Of a DNA stretch of 64,000 bases, positions 39,199 through 52,907 are shown piece by piece; position 1 is the first letter of the stretch, and every line of letters starts with the position of its first letter. The stretch comes from the human T2T-CHM13v2.0 reference genome, Homo sapiens. A program made the translations under genes and the position numbers. The stretch lies in NCBI RefSeq assembly GCF_009914755.1, contig NC_060931.1; one strand, written 5' to 3'. The notes under the pieces were generated by a model. The model was not told where the DNA came from and made no database searches. It saw only the letters and a program-made list of their open reading frames with translations.

Positions 39199-42100
39199 AG
39201 TGCTAAATGTTTGTTTTCTTCCTTCCACCCAGTGGACTGAAATTTTGTTTCAGGGAAACAAAATGGATTATAGACAAAGCCACATCTTCGTTGAAAGAAA
39301 AGTAATATCTGAGTATATAAAGAGTTATGATTGTGCGCTGTTTCTTTGTGATTGTACACAAACACAAACATAATAATGAAGCAACTAGCTATTTCCTTAA
39401 AATGGGACAGACCCTGGCTCACTAGTGGCTGTGGACAGCCTCAGACCAACAAACTTGAATCAATGCACTGGGCTTATAGTAGTCCATTTTCTGAATCTTT
39501 CCATACCTTCAAAATAGTGGCCATGCCCCTTCTGTGCATTCTGTGCATGTATTATGTATTTTTCAATAGATTTGATTGACTGGACAATTATATCAAATGA
39601 GTTGTTAATCTACAGAAGTGTTTTTCCAACCCAAATACTCATGTATTTTCTAGTTCAAGGTTAAAGAAAAAAACTGATAAAACTACATGGGGCAATGTAA
39701 TAATAAGCAGAAAAAAAATAGATCCTGCTGTTTTAAATGAAATATACATAGCCCACAACCTAATTCCATCTGTGATGTTCCCTTTAAGAAATGCTAGGTT
39801 CTCCAAAACACTTCGGCAAAGCTGATCTATAAATAAATCATTGGTCTCTGCAGTGGGGATAAGCAAAACCAAGGGCATTCTCTGCATGGCTTTGTTTCTT
39901 CCTCATGACATTGTGGGAAAGAGAAAGGAAATGCTTATGGGTATCATGGAATAAAGAGGAGGAGTCCATAAGGAGTCATAAATCTAAATGATTGTAATTC
40001 ATCCAGATGGAAAATTTGGAGATTCTATTAAAAATACAATCTCTTCATATTATTTGCTGCATTGGTGAGAAATGGAATTCAAAAGCTCTGCCTTCACAAG
40101 CTTAGTAATATTAAAATATTTTTCCCTTCAAATCCATTGCAGGCATCATTGTGTATCTCCCAACAGAAGTCCCCGAGTCCTTGAAGCAGGCTCCATGTTA
40201 TAGTGGGAAAGGTGCGTTGTAATGAGAACCAAGCAATTTATGTTCAAAGCCATCTTTCTACTATTGATAAGTCACTTTGCTTTGCCTCCTTAATTGTAAA
40301 GTGTCCCATCAAACTCAACAGGTTACTCTGAGGCTCTAAAGAAACATAAGCAGTCAGATGCAAATATAGATACTAAATAGTATAACTTGTTTATAATAGG
40401 CTTTCAAAAGATTTTTAATGAAAGAAGCATATAAACTGGAATAAAAACTTTTAGGCTTTTTTCTACCTGCATGTCAACAACCTCCAAAAAGGATCATTAC
40501 CTTCAATACTTCCTGCATTTTTACATCAATACATATAAGTCATTTCAAAGATGTGAAAAAATGTGAGCAGATAAGATTAGCTTGGAAATAAAAAAAGAGA
40601 AAAAGGAATTATTCACCAAGAAGCAATGACACCATTAGGATGCCCTCTTGTGCCTAACACTGAGTCTAAAGTACTCTAAGAAGCCTGACTGGAGTTAGTG
40701 GTCTTATTTAGTTGGGTTTTATTTGGCTCAGTCAAATTGCCATTTTGGTAGACTTATTGCTCAACAGCTGCTCATCTAATCAAGAAAAAGCCAAAACTCA
40801 ATGAAGAGTCATTTCCTTGCTTCTTTTCATTCCTGTGCAAGTGACAATTGAATTACATTTTCAAAATATTTCATATGCATGAAAATTTAGAACATGCAAT
40901 AAAGCCAGCTGCAGAAAACTGAAAGTCAGCTCAAAGCCATATCGAGATGCAAGAGATTTATTTTGCTTAGAATGGTCACCTATGGCAACAGCATCTATTT
41001 AATTATGTATCCCTCATTGCTTTTTCTGTAAGTAAATGATGTGATATTCTGAGTAAAGTCACTGAATTTCTCCTAGGATTAGTGTCACCTGCAAATACTG
41101 CCACTCTATTAATTTAGACAGGCTCAAAGTAACCTCCTTCCCACACCAGCAGTGGATATACTAGGCTAGGTACCAATAGAATTGTGCTTTCTTCAAGCTA
41201 AGTTCTGCCAAAGATCACAGTGGGGAAAGTGCTTCCTTATCTGGAGTCCCTAAGATAGAAGATACGCATATGTCAGCATTGTGCAACTCCAGGGGCGCAC
41301 CAATCATACGGATACCATGCCATTGATGTAGTGGTCCTATAATTCTGCATTTTTATAGGAAGTGGGGATATAGCTTCCATCAGACTTCTAAAAATGTTCC
41401 CAACCCTCAATAGTCAAAGACATTCATTTAGATTTCAAAAAAATTGAATAGAAAGCAGCTTATCTTTATATCTGACTTCTCTTTTTCTTCATTATGCAAA
41501 AAGACCAGCCTTGCAAAGTGGCTTTCTTGCATTTAGGTTAAAAGCTTCAATTAATAGTTAATTGCTTATTATTCAATGGCAAATTATCCATGTGCTGTAT
41601 TTGTCAGTTTCCCTGCCTATTTTATTTCTGGCTGTCTTCACTGACAGGTTATAAGCTTGTCCACCAGAAAGTATACATAAGGTCAATGAGGTAAATGTAT
41701 TACTTATTAATTCTGCTGAAAAACTGAGAGAAGAAGATATGTTAATATAATCTACTGATTTTCAATAGGAAACTCTTCTATTATTTGACATTTCCAATTC
41801 TTCTTGTTATTCACATATCTTTTACCACCGACAATTGGAAGGCAACCTTGCCTAAAAGACAGTTATTTATTACACCATACAAAGCATGTGCTTTTTTTCC
41901 TGCTTATTTAGCAGTGTGGTCTTTCAGAAACATTTAGAAAAGAAAACATCTTAGCTATCAAATGTACATAAATGGTTGATTAATTATTTCCCATGAAACT
42001 AGGCATTAAAGCAAGTAGGTGTGTGTGTTTTGGGAGAATGGAAGTGGGACATAAGATATCAAGCATTCTGTGTAAAGATCAAATAACCCATACTCATTTT

Positions 42101-44474
42101 ACAGTAACTCCTCTTCCTGACAAGTACTAAGTAGCTTCTTGCCTGCATTTTGATACTAAGAAAACAGAGAACTTGCTCACTCACACTAAATAAATGCAGC
42201 CCAAAATTTGCTCACAGTGCCAGTCTCTGCTGCAGCAATTCAAAGGAGAATCTTGCTGTTCGGGCAGAAGAAATTCAATCACCTTGTGGAGATAATGAAA
42301 AAGCTTCATACTTTTAATCAGATATTGATCGATTACCATAATATTCTCCCATAGCAATAGCTGCAGGCATAAGAAACGGAAAGAATGGAAGAGATTTTTA
42401 GGAGAATACAAAAATAAATAAGTATTTGAGACTTAGATACTGCAAAACAACAGCAATTGCTACTCTAAAAGCTTGGTTTCACTCTTGCAGCCCATAATAA
42501 AGTCTGTTCTTATTGATCATTGGGTTGCTGGGAGAGTAGGAACATTTGTAGACAGTTCTCCAGTGTTGTTTGTTAATTATCCTTGTCTACTGGATTTCCT
42601 GCCAGCTATCCCCAACAGTTAGTGCTATGAGTGGCTCAAGCAATAAAGTCCTAAAACTACAGGTTCTATATATTCCAGAATATATGTTTCATATAATTGT
42701 GTTGCTGTTCTTTAAATGGAATCTATGTTTCTCGTATTGTAGAACATGCAGCACAATGTATATAGACTTGTCATAGCTAATTTTGATAAAGAAAAAAAAA
42801 ACAGGAATGGTCTTTCTTGTCTCAGTAACACGCATCTTTGCTGGTTAATGAGGCTTCTCTCTGTGTCTCTGACTAAGGACAAGTGAGCCAGCACAGTTGT
42901 CTTCATAATAACAGAACAATTTCATTTTTCAAACATTTATAGAGCTCCCACCCTCTGCATAGCACTGTTTAAGGTGCTAAAAGACATAATACTGCATTAC
43001 TGTCCTAAAAAAGATTACCCCAAGCCAAAAAAGAAGAAAACATTTTTAAATACGGACATAGAAAAATGAATCCTAAGGGATTAATTTTACAAATACGCTC
43101 AAAGCATGAATCTGTTAAGAGATTTTGAATTTGTGTAAAAATAAAGGGTAGCAGGATTAGTGCAAAGGGGAGGATGATTGATAAGCTAGAATCTGTGTCC
43201 TTATAGGAAAAAATATTACACTAGTCATAGGGGTATAAGCAAGCAGCTTCTAATTATAACATGCTTAAATTAAAGTCATAAAGTATTGCTACAGCTCAAT
43301 CCAGAGTATCTCTCTTGACAGCCTGATGTGCCTAAGGATAAAAGTTACGTGCAGGGTTAAAATTTAGTAACATCTAAATGGAATGAAGGATTACATTATG
43401 GGCTCACTGGAGAAGGTTTTCCCAAAAGTATATGAATACTACAACTCTGGAATAGCTGGGACTTTATAATAGTGCCAGCATTATTCCCAACTTTGAAGGT
43501 CTCCCTCCTTTCATTGCTGAAAGATATTTTTTACTCTATTTCTGGATTACCTTTAGTGCTCTACTGAGAAGACATACATTGTAATAGTTTAAAAAAATAG
43601 ATGTTAGTCTGGGGATTATTAAACTTTTAGATTCACAGGTTACTCATTCATTCCTATAAATGTTTTAGAATCTGGTTGTCACTGTTAAGATGCTCAACCG
43701 GCTCTCCTTGCAGACTATGAAGATGGGGATCAATCCAGTGGTACAAGACTAGCCTGTGTAATGTGGCTTGAGGGCTTTACCCTGTCCTGAATATCTCCTA
43801 TCTAATGTCACATGCAGGTCACCACCATTAAAGTCAATCTTTCCCTTAAGGAAATCTCATAAACTAGAACATAGATATTTTTATAAGAAGTAAGTCTAGG
43901 GCATGACATTGCAAATGGCAGAATAGGGAGCCCCAGACTTTCTTCCCTCAATGGACATAATGATTCAACAATAAGACATGAGGTAATTTCTTTTGTGAGA
44001 AACCAGAAAACACTAAAAAGGATCCCGTACCCCAAATAAGAGCAAAAGCAGCCACATCAAAGCCAACGGGAAAATTTGGGGCACTCTCTCACCATTATCC
44101 CTCCGCTGCCAAAATATCATACAAATTAGAAGGAAAATCTCAGTTTCTGGATTCTCTCGGGGAGGAGAAAAGAAGATCAGAGTGTTTATTCAGCATTTAG
44201 ACTTTGTGGGACAGAGGAACATCTCAAGGGACAGGCTTCTGTCTCAACAGTCTTGAAGCACTGACAGGACTCACCATACTCTAGATCTTTGGGGGTTGCT
44301 AAGAATAAAAAGGAACTAGGCAAAGTGTTTCTTTTCCAGAAGACTCATACCATAGAAGACAGATGCCAGGGGAACAAGAGATTACAAGCTCCTGAAAGAA
44401 AAAAAATGTAAAATCTTACATTAGGAATGTACACTCACAGGTTCAAAAAAGATGTATCCACAGAAAAAGTTGAG

Positions 44475-44815
44475 ATCAGTCTCATATAAGCAGAAAGTAG
44501 AATGGTGGTTACTAGGGGTTGGGGAAGGGAAAAATGGAGAATTGCTATTCAATGAGTATAAAGATGCTGGTTACTAGGGATTGAAGAAGGAAAAATAGAG
44601 TTGCTATTGAACGACTATAAAGATGATGGTTACTAGGGGTTGGAGAAGGAAAAATTGAGAGTTGCTATTCAATTAGTATAAAGATTCAGTCATGCAAGAG
44701 TGAGATGAAAAATCTCAAGATGAGAAAGTTCCAGAAATTTGCTATACAGCATTGTATTCATAGTTAACAATACTGTACTGTACACTGAAAAATTTTGTAA
44801 AGAGGTCCAATCTCA
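44475..44815 (+). mobile_element. L1MA/MB 3'UTR fragment with internal tandem triplication
   Basis: gcagaaagtagaatggtggttac, atagttaacaatactgtactgtacactgaaaa. Confidence 0.8.
44502..44683 (+). repeat. 3 x ~60-bp diverged tandem repeat
   Basis: Units 44502-44563, 44564-44622, 44623-44683, each atg.tggttactaggg...ttgctatt.aa...tataaag. Confidence 0.92.
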
Positions 44816-45366
44816 CGGTCTGATCCCTAGACCTTCTAGGGATGAATGGCAGTGAGGACTGAGCAGGGAATTTGGAGATAAGTAGAGCCAGTCCAGGTCT
44901 TGGCTCTGGCACTTTCGAACTGTGTAACAAACTATACAGTTAACTCTACAAACTGTAAAGTTAAATAATTTAACTTATTTAACTCATTTCATTAATGGAC
45001 ATCTTGAACAGAAGATCTCCATTTATGAAATGAGTTAACAACTGTACACAGAGCTTCATGTGAGTTTATATAAGTTAAATACCCGAGTTTTAGAGTTGGA
45101 AATAATCTCGGAATCATCTCATGCAATGGCTTTCAAATATTTCTTTGCTTTCTATTCCCTAAAAGTACTTTAAAAAACATTGTACTACTTCATTCATATG
45201 AAGTTGTCATCTAACGTTTTTCCAATTGAACTGAAGATTGTTAAATAGTCGCGAAGATATACTTTGTCATAGTTAGAATATTGACATTTAAAAATAAAAT
45301 ATTGAATTGTACTTCTATATATATCCAAAGAAATCTAAATGCTACATCATTTTAATACCTATCATC

Positions 45367-45669
45367 TTTTTTTTTTTTTTTTTTTTTTTTTGAGGCAGAG
45401 TCTCACTCTGTTGCCCAGGCTGGAGGGCAATGGCACAATCTTGGCTCACTGCAACCTCTGCTGCCTGAGTTCAAGTGATTCTCCTGCCTCAGCCTCCTGA
45501 GTAGCTGGGATTACAGGCGCCCACCACCATGCCCAGCTAATTTTTGTATTTTTAGTAGAGACAGGGTTTAACCATGTTGGCCAGGCTGGTCTTGAACTCC
45601 TGACCTCTGGTGATCCACCCGCCTTTGCCTCCCAAAGTGCTAGGATTACAGGCATGAGCCACTGCCGGC
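45367..45669 (-). mobile_element. AluSx-type (probably chimeric)
   Basis: Poly(T) then reverse full dimer. Confidence 0.95.
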
Positions 45670-45805
45670 TGCCCCAATTTCTTAATTTGTAAGGTCTAAA
45701 CCTCCAGAAAGGTTTTTTAAATAGTACAATTAGCCTCTTAAATACACCAACTGTTAAACTTTTGCTGCGCTTGCTTTTTGCTTTCTTCTTATGTGTGCAT
45801 GTATG

Positions 45806-45999
45806 CCCAGGCGTGGTGGCGGGCACCTGTAATCCCAGCTACTTGGGAGGCTGAGGCAGGGAGAATTGCTTGAACCCCGGAGGCAGAGGTTGCAGTGAGC
45901 TGAGATCATGACACTGCACTCCAGCCTGGGCAACACAGCAAGACTCCATCTCAAAAAAATAAATAAAAATAAGTAAGATAAAATAAAACAAAATAATAA
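45806..45999 (+). mobile_element. AluS right monomer only
   Basis: Starts ccaggcgtggtggcgggcacc, ends in A-rich tail. Confidence 0.93.
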
Positions 46000-46580
46000 A
46001 AGAAATTGGGGCAAAAAATTAAAAATACTTGAGCAAGCTTTTCATTAAGTCAGGAAATTTTCCATATTTTTTCCTTAATTTGTGTTTCTTTTTTGTTTTG
46101 CTGCAAAAATTTGTCTTAAAATAGTAGTTTTCTAATTGAAAATGTTTAATTGATCACTTGTCACATTTCCTTCCAAAATGTGTTTGTAAACTGAAATAAA
46201 TTTTTTCTGTGACCAAAGAAAAAAACCATCTAAATAGTATCATATTTTACCAGACTGAGTTATCACTAAAACTCATTAGGATATAATTGACCAAAACAAA
46301 ATAAAATTGATCAAAGCAAAATTTTTAGAAATAAATTAAGATAAAGCTTTCCCCCATGCAGCTCATATGGCTATCAATAAATATCATTTATTGCCAGAAT
46401 AATACACAATTCAGAATCAGCTATTTCTATTTTTGTTTTTATAAATAAGTCAAGAAAGGCTAACATTTGTTAATAGATGTTCAATTTAGTGAATTAAATG
46501 CTAGAAATCACAAAATTGCCTGCTCTCCAGAAACAAATTAACCCCATCTTCCTTCAGTTTTAACGAAAACAAAGAATTAG

Positions 46581-46926
<346 letters not shown>

Positions 46927-47029
46927 TAGTCATTTGAGTCATTCATTTTCTCAATTTCTGGGAAGATTACTAAGAAGACTTTTCGAAGACTTATGAAATG
47001 ACAAATATATATATATATATATATTACAG

Positions 47030-47230
47030 TCAGCCAAACCCGGACTCTACAAAAAATACAAAAATTGGCCTGGCATAGTGGCAATCCTATAGTCCTAGCT
47101 ACTTGGAGGGGAAGCTGAGGCAGGAGGATTGTTTGAGCCCAGGAGGTTGAGGCTGCAGTGAGCCATGATGGCATCATTGCACTCCAGCCTGGGTGACAGT
47201 AAGACTCTGTCTCAAAGAAAGAAAAAAAAT
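47030..47230 (+). mobile_element. AluJ, 5'-truncated
   Basis: ggaggattgtttgagcccaggaggttgaggctgcagtgagccatgat (J diagnostics). Confidence 0.9.
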
Positions 47231-47714
47231 AAGAATATCCTTTCCACACTTCCAATATTTCACTCTTCTCTTCTTGCTTTCATGGTGTCCAAAGAGAAAT
47301 TCAATGTAATTCTTATTTTTGTTTCTCTGTAGGTAATGTATCCCACACTCCTCTCTACCAGGCTTCTGTCAAGATTTTCTCTTTGTCATTGACCTTCTGC
47401 AGTTTGAATATAATAGGCCTAGATGTAGATTTTTTTTTTTTTTGGTATTTATCCTGCTTGGTGTTCTTTGAGCATTCTGTATCTGTGGTTTTTGTGTCTG
47501 TCATTAATTTTGAAAAATTCTCAGCCATTATTACTTCAAGTAATTTTTCTGTTCCTTTCTTTCTTTTCCTTCTGGTATTCTCATTATCTGTATGTTACAG
47601 CTTTTATAATTTTCCCACAGTGCTTGGATATTCTATTCCATCTTTTTTATCCTTTTTCCTCTTTGCATTTCAGCTTGGACATTTACCTTAACATTTCTTC
47701 AAACTCCCTGATTC

Positions 47715-48030
47715 TAGTTTTATGGCAGTATAAATGACAGATAAAAATTATATACATTTAAAGATATACAACATGATTTAATATACATTGTGAAATAATT
47801 ACCACATCAAGATACTTAGCACATTAATTACCTCACATTTTTACCATTTGTGTGTGTGGTAAGATCTATAGTCTTAGCAAACTCAAAGTAACAATAGAAC
47901 ATTATTAGCTACAATCACCATGCTGTACATTAGAGGCACAGAACTTGTTCGTCTTATGACTTAAAGTTTTTACTCTCTGACTAACATCTTCTCATTCCCT
48001 CATCCCTGGCATCACCCTTCTCTGCTTCTG
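47715..48030 (-). mobile_element. L1MA 3' end fragment
   Basis: tatacattgtgaaataattaccaca, acaatcaccatgctgtacattaga. Confidence 0.75.
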
Positions 48031-49160
48031 CAAACAAACCGATTCTTTCCCCAGCCATTATCCAGTCTATTGATGAACTCAAAGCATCTTTCATTTCTAT
48101 CACAGTGTTTTTTATTTCTAACCTTTCCTTTTAAACCTTAGAGATTCTCTCTCTGCTTATTTTACCTATCTGTTCTTGCATGTTGTTCACTCTTTCCATT
48201 AGAAACTTTAACACATTAATCATAGCTATATTACATTTCCAGTCTGAAAATTCCAACATCTCTGTAATATCTCAGTAAAGTTTTGATTTTCGCTGTCTCT
48301 TCCAACTGTGCTTTTTAAAGGTGTATCTTATAATTTTTTGTTTAAAACCAGACATGATATATCATGGGTAGAAAACTGAAACAGGCCTTTAGTATGAGGT
48401 TTTATGTGAATCTGGCTTAGAGTGAGTTATGTTTGTTTGTTGTAACTGTGATGTCAAAGGCTACAATCTCCTCTAGTATTTTTGTTTTTGTCTCCCATCA
48501 ACTTTGTGTATCTCTGGAGACTCATTAAATTGGGTGTGAGGTTTGCAATTCTTTAGCCGTAATCCCCTGTTACCATACAGGAGCCCTGTTGATATGGTGG
48601 TAAGTTGTTGAGGAAGGGATGAGTTCCATGATTAGGTCTTATCTTTCAAGGAGCTTGAGTTGGACATTTCCCTTCCCCTAGGTTGGTTAGGCTTTGGTAA
48701 AACATCAGTCTGCTGTACTCTAGTAAAATAGTTTCACTTGACAGAAGGCCTCGTTAAGGAGAATTGGGAGTTCTGGGTATATTTCAAAATAGCTACTGCT
48801 CCCCTTTTGGATCTTCACTAAGAGAAACTTGTAGGGCTCCTGGAGACAAAACTCACAAAAATTTGGGGACCCTTTTAAGACTGGTCCTCCTCGGAGTTTT
48901 TTTAACTTTCAGCTAATTCACACTGAGCCTCTAGCCATTCGTCAATTACTAAAGTGTACCTACCAATACTGGCTTAAGCTGAGAGCTTCTGCTCCTAGAC
49001 TTCTGCTCCAAGTAATCTGTAATTCTCTGTATCTACCTGTCTGTCTGTCCAGTTTTAGGGGCAGTAGTTTGCTTTGGACCTCAATTCTCTGATGGATCTA
49101 AAAAGAGCAGTTGGTTCTTATTTTGCTCAGGTGTTTTCTTGTAAGAATTTCTAAGCTCTT

Positions 49161-49469
49161 GGCCAGGCGCCCTGGCTCACGCCTGTAATCCCAGCACTTT
49201 GGGAGGCCAAGGCGGGCAGATCACGAGGTCAGGAGATGGAGATCATCCTGGCTAACACGGTGAAAGCCCGTCTCTACTAAAAATACAAAAAATTAGCCGG
49301 GCGTCATGGCAGGCGCCTGTAGTCCCAGCTACTCGGGAGGCTGAGGCAGGAGAATGGTGTGAACCTGGAAGGGGAGCTTGCAGTGAGCAGAGATCATGCC
49401 ACTGCACTCCAGTCTGGGCGACAGAGTGAGACTCTGTCGCAAAAAAGACAAAAAAAAAAAAAAAAAAAA
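49161..49469 (+). mobile_element. AluY
   Basis: atcctggctaacacggtg, gagcttgcagtgag; perfect 18-bp TSD aagaatttctaagctctt. Confidence 0.96.
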
Positions 49470-49514
49470 AAGAATTTCTAAGCTCTTTATATGTTGCCTG
49501 GGAAACAGAGTCTT

Positions 49515-49990
49515 TGAAATAATATCTTTAATTTTTCATTTCATTACAGTGCAAATGTTGGGTATCTAAGTTATTATGAAGCAAAATGTATGATAAAGAG
49601 CATGATTTTCCTTTAGTAAATACATACGCATGAGTTCCATTTTTGAAAATAATTCTGAAATGACTCAATTTTTTAGATACTAATGATCAAATGTTACCTA
49701 TATATGTATTTAAAAAGCAAGACACTAGAAACTAATCAGTTCTACAAGTATTTTATGTTAACAGGAAGTAGAAATTATTAAACATTTTTATAAGGCAATT
49801 TAAGAGGATTGACTATAATTGCTATAAATATTTTATGACATATTTTGATAAAATAGGTTTTAAGTACCTTATTGAATAACTCATACTATGGGTATACGAA
49901 ATCTCTACAACTTTTATCTGTGGCTTTATCCAATGTAATTTGAAAAATCTGATAAGCATTAAGCATTGCAATTGCAATTAAAGAAGTAAC
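49515..49990 (-). mobile_element. Degenerate hAT-Charlie transposase remnant (further pieces probably at ~45120-45365 and ~46030-46560)
   Basis: Minus strand near 49680-49715 resembles a decayed HTEVRWLS hAT motif; very AT-rich. Confidence 0.4.
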
Positions 49991-50018
49991 ATCATTAACC
50001 TATACCACTTTGGCTATT

Positions 50019-50410
50019 TATGTTAGTCCATCTGTGTTGTTATAAAGGAATACATGAGACTGGGTAATCTATAAAGAACAGAGGTTCATTTGGCTCATGG
50101 TTCTACAGGCTGTGCATGAAGCATAGTGCTAGCATCTGCTTCTGGTGAGGGCCTCAGGAAACTTATAAACACGGCAGAAGGTAAAGGAGAGCCAACATGT
50201 CAAATGGCAAGAGAGGGAGCAAGGGAGAGAGAGGAAGGAAGTGCTAGGCTCTTAAACAACCAGATCTCATGTGAACTCAGAGTGAAAACAGCACCAAGCC
50301 ATTCATGAGGGATCCACTCCCTTGACCCAAACACCTCCCACGGGCCCTCCTCCAATACTGGAGGTTGCATTTCAACACGAGATTTGGAGGGGACAAAACA
50401 TCCAAACCAG
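50019..50410 (-). mobile_element. MSTB solo LTR
   Basis: tataaaggaatacatgagactgggtaat, gcatctgcttctggtgagggcctcagg, gagatttggaggggacaaaacatccaaacc. Confidence 0.9.
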
Positions 50411-52683
50411 AAGAAGTTGCTTTTCTTTCCAGCTAATGAAGCAAGAGATGAACATAAAAGCTGAAATAAAACTGTTCACATTTAAATACATGCAAAAATT
50501 CATTTCTAGAATTCAATATATCTTACTATGCTCTCCTTTATTTATTCTTACTAGACATTGCCTAAAGTACTGCATTCTGTCACAGTGGTCAAGAGGTCAC
50601 AGAGGTAAGGTAATTAAGTAAGTGTTCCATTACCCTCTCGGCCCAAATTCTACAATATATTTGATTTTGGAACCTCCTAACAAGGATCAAAATACCCCAA
50701 CTCTAATGTTATTTTTCAGTATTACCAGAAAACCATAAGGCTAGCAAAACCAAGATGATCTGTGACAGGTTTATAAGTCATTAAATGAGGTTTCCAAAAC
50801 AATAAAAATATTTCAATATAACCTTTTATTTTTTTAAAGGCCCTGGGTTTCCTGGGTAACCAGGACAACACACCATAGTAAGATTTAGGATAAAAGTAGA
50901 GTATGCTTTTTTTTTAATATAGAGAGAAATCTAATTGTGATAGGAAGTAGAAAGGTACAATCTACATGAAGCTGGGAAAGTATACAAATGGAAGTTGAAG
51001 ACAAGAAAATGTGTTTCCTTAAAACTACAGAGCCCACATATACCTCAGAAAGTCTTTGTATACCTGCAGAATTGTGCATACATCAATTTGTTAACCACTA
51101 GTCCAGTCCAACTTTCACGTTTTAAAAATGAAGAACCAGAAGCCATAGAAATTAAATGACTTGTCCAGCACTACACAATTGCTTTGTGGAAGAACTGGGA
51201 CTAGAACTTAGGTTTCCTATTTCCCAAGTTGTTCTTTCCAACACGCTATGCTATTCTCATTTTATATATGAGTCATATATAACTTTAAAATCCAGTTTAA
51301 AGAGGTTAAGAGTCATGAGGAAGATGACTGTGTGATCTTGGTCAGACTCAGGCTTAGGTAAAACTCCATTTAGATGTAGATTCTTCATTCAATAGATTTT
51401 TAAAAATTATGTGTTTAACATATTGCTAAAATACCCAATACTTTTAGAATGAGTAACACCTTAAAAGTTGTTAGCAATTTATATTTCAATGTGAATAAAG
51501 TCTGTTTCCACATGGGAAATAAAAGGGAAGAGCAAGCACCCCTTTTTCAGTGATAGTCCAATCAGGAGAGCAGAACCACTACACCGGGTAGAGAATAAGA
51601 GATTTATTACATAAAATAGGTCTGAAGCAACTGTGGGGCCAATCACTACCATCCCTGCTGCTATAATTGAGTTACCCTTATCCAGGGCATGGAGTACATG
51701 AAGGGAAGTGTGAAAATCTAAACAAACTTTAGGTTATATTCATAAGAAGGAATGTGGAGGGAGGAATAATTTTTAGCATTAATTGCAAAAGCCAGGCTTT
51801 TGAGAGAGAAAAGATGTTGGGGATCCCAGCAGCTTGGCTTTTCATATTACATGCAGAGCTCAGAGGCCTAAGAACATAGTGTCTGTGTGGTGATTACTGA
51901 GGCAGTAGAAGGCTTGATGACTTTGGCTGTGTTTCTCACTCAAGAAGTATGGAGTGCCTGATTAGATGGGGGAGGGGAATTCAAAAGTTGTGAATAAGGC
52001 TTAAGATGTAGGTCTCAGAATCCTATCATCCGTCTACTTATCCTCCCCTCTGGAATGGACTCCAGTGGGGAGGCAATGAGGAGAATACCTAGGTAAGTTT
52101 TAGTAAAGTCACAGGGAAAAAGCACTGCTGGGAGATCGCAAACTCAAAGAGAAGCCTCTTTACTAACATGGATCCTGAGTAGCAGAGAAGAAATAGCCAA
52201 AAATGTTATCTGGCTGGATGAGGCTAGGAGAAGTCTCAGTGAGTCTTATAAACCCCAGCACAGTGAAGAGAAAACAGCCATGAGTTCCAGAATCCTGCAA
52301 AAAAAAAAAAAGAGCTCAGAAAGGCAGAAAGGGGCCTGTAGACAGAAGACTGCCTTCAGTTGGGTCTCACAAACCTGATAAATAGGGCCTGGCGGCCTCA
52401 GCCATAAACATCAACACAAAACAAGAGCAAACAACACCTCAGCAGAGGTCAGCAGATGCTGGTGACTACTGGGCACGGATTGACTTATCCATGATGGCTT
52501 AATGATAAGACTCCATTTCCTCCCTCTACTGACTCCACTAACTTAGATCACCCCCAGGATAAGGTGAAGGCTGAGGCACAATCTTGATTTTGGGCTGGGC
52601 ACTTGCTCGCATTTGCCCAAAGGAAATGGAGTTTGAAAACAGAAGTCATTGAATTACATTAACTTGTCAGAATAAACTTTTCT

Positions 52684-52826
52684 GGCTAGGCATGATAGCT
52701 CACGCCTGTAATCTCAGTGCTTTTGGGAGGCTGAGGTGGGAGGATCACTTGAGGCCAGGAGTTCTAGAACAACCTGGGCAACATAGCAAGACCTTCTCTC
52801 TACAAAAAGTTTTCTTAAAAAAGTAA
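52684..52826 (+). mobile_element. FLAM / AluJ left monomer
   Basis: Monomer with ggaggatcacttgaggccaggagtt, ctgggcaacatagcaagacc; flanking repeat aacttttct. Confidence 0.88.
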
Positions 52827-52907
52827 AGTGTGAACTTTTCTGGCATCAGCAGAAATGAGCCCAGGAACTGCATTAATTCCAGCCATAGACAAAATATTTA
52901 CTGTGAA

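Larger units (their letters stand above)
47240..49512 (-). mobile_element. Old L1MC/L1MD 5'UTR-ORF1 region, containing nested L1MA 3' end and AluY
   Basis: Reverse ORF1-like T-rich sequence (aaattctcagccattattacttcaa); 5'-end motif ctaagctctttatatg..ggaaac. Confidence 0.7.

Noticed and set aside
41281-41302. CTCF-like ctccaggggcgc
   Set aside because: One G short of the core spacing; probably part of an old repeat.
44502-44683. CRISPR-like repeat array
   Set aside because: Head-to-tail diverged units with no unique spacers; L1-derived, eukaryotic context.
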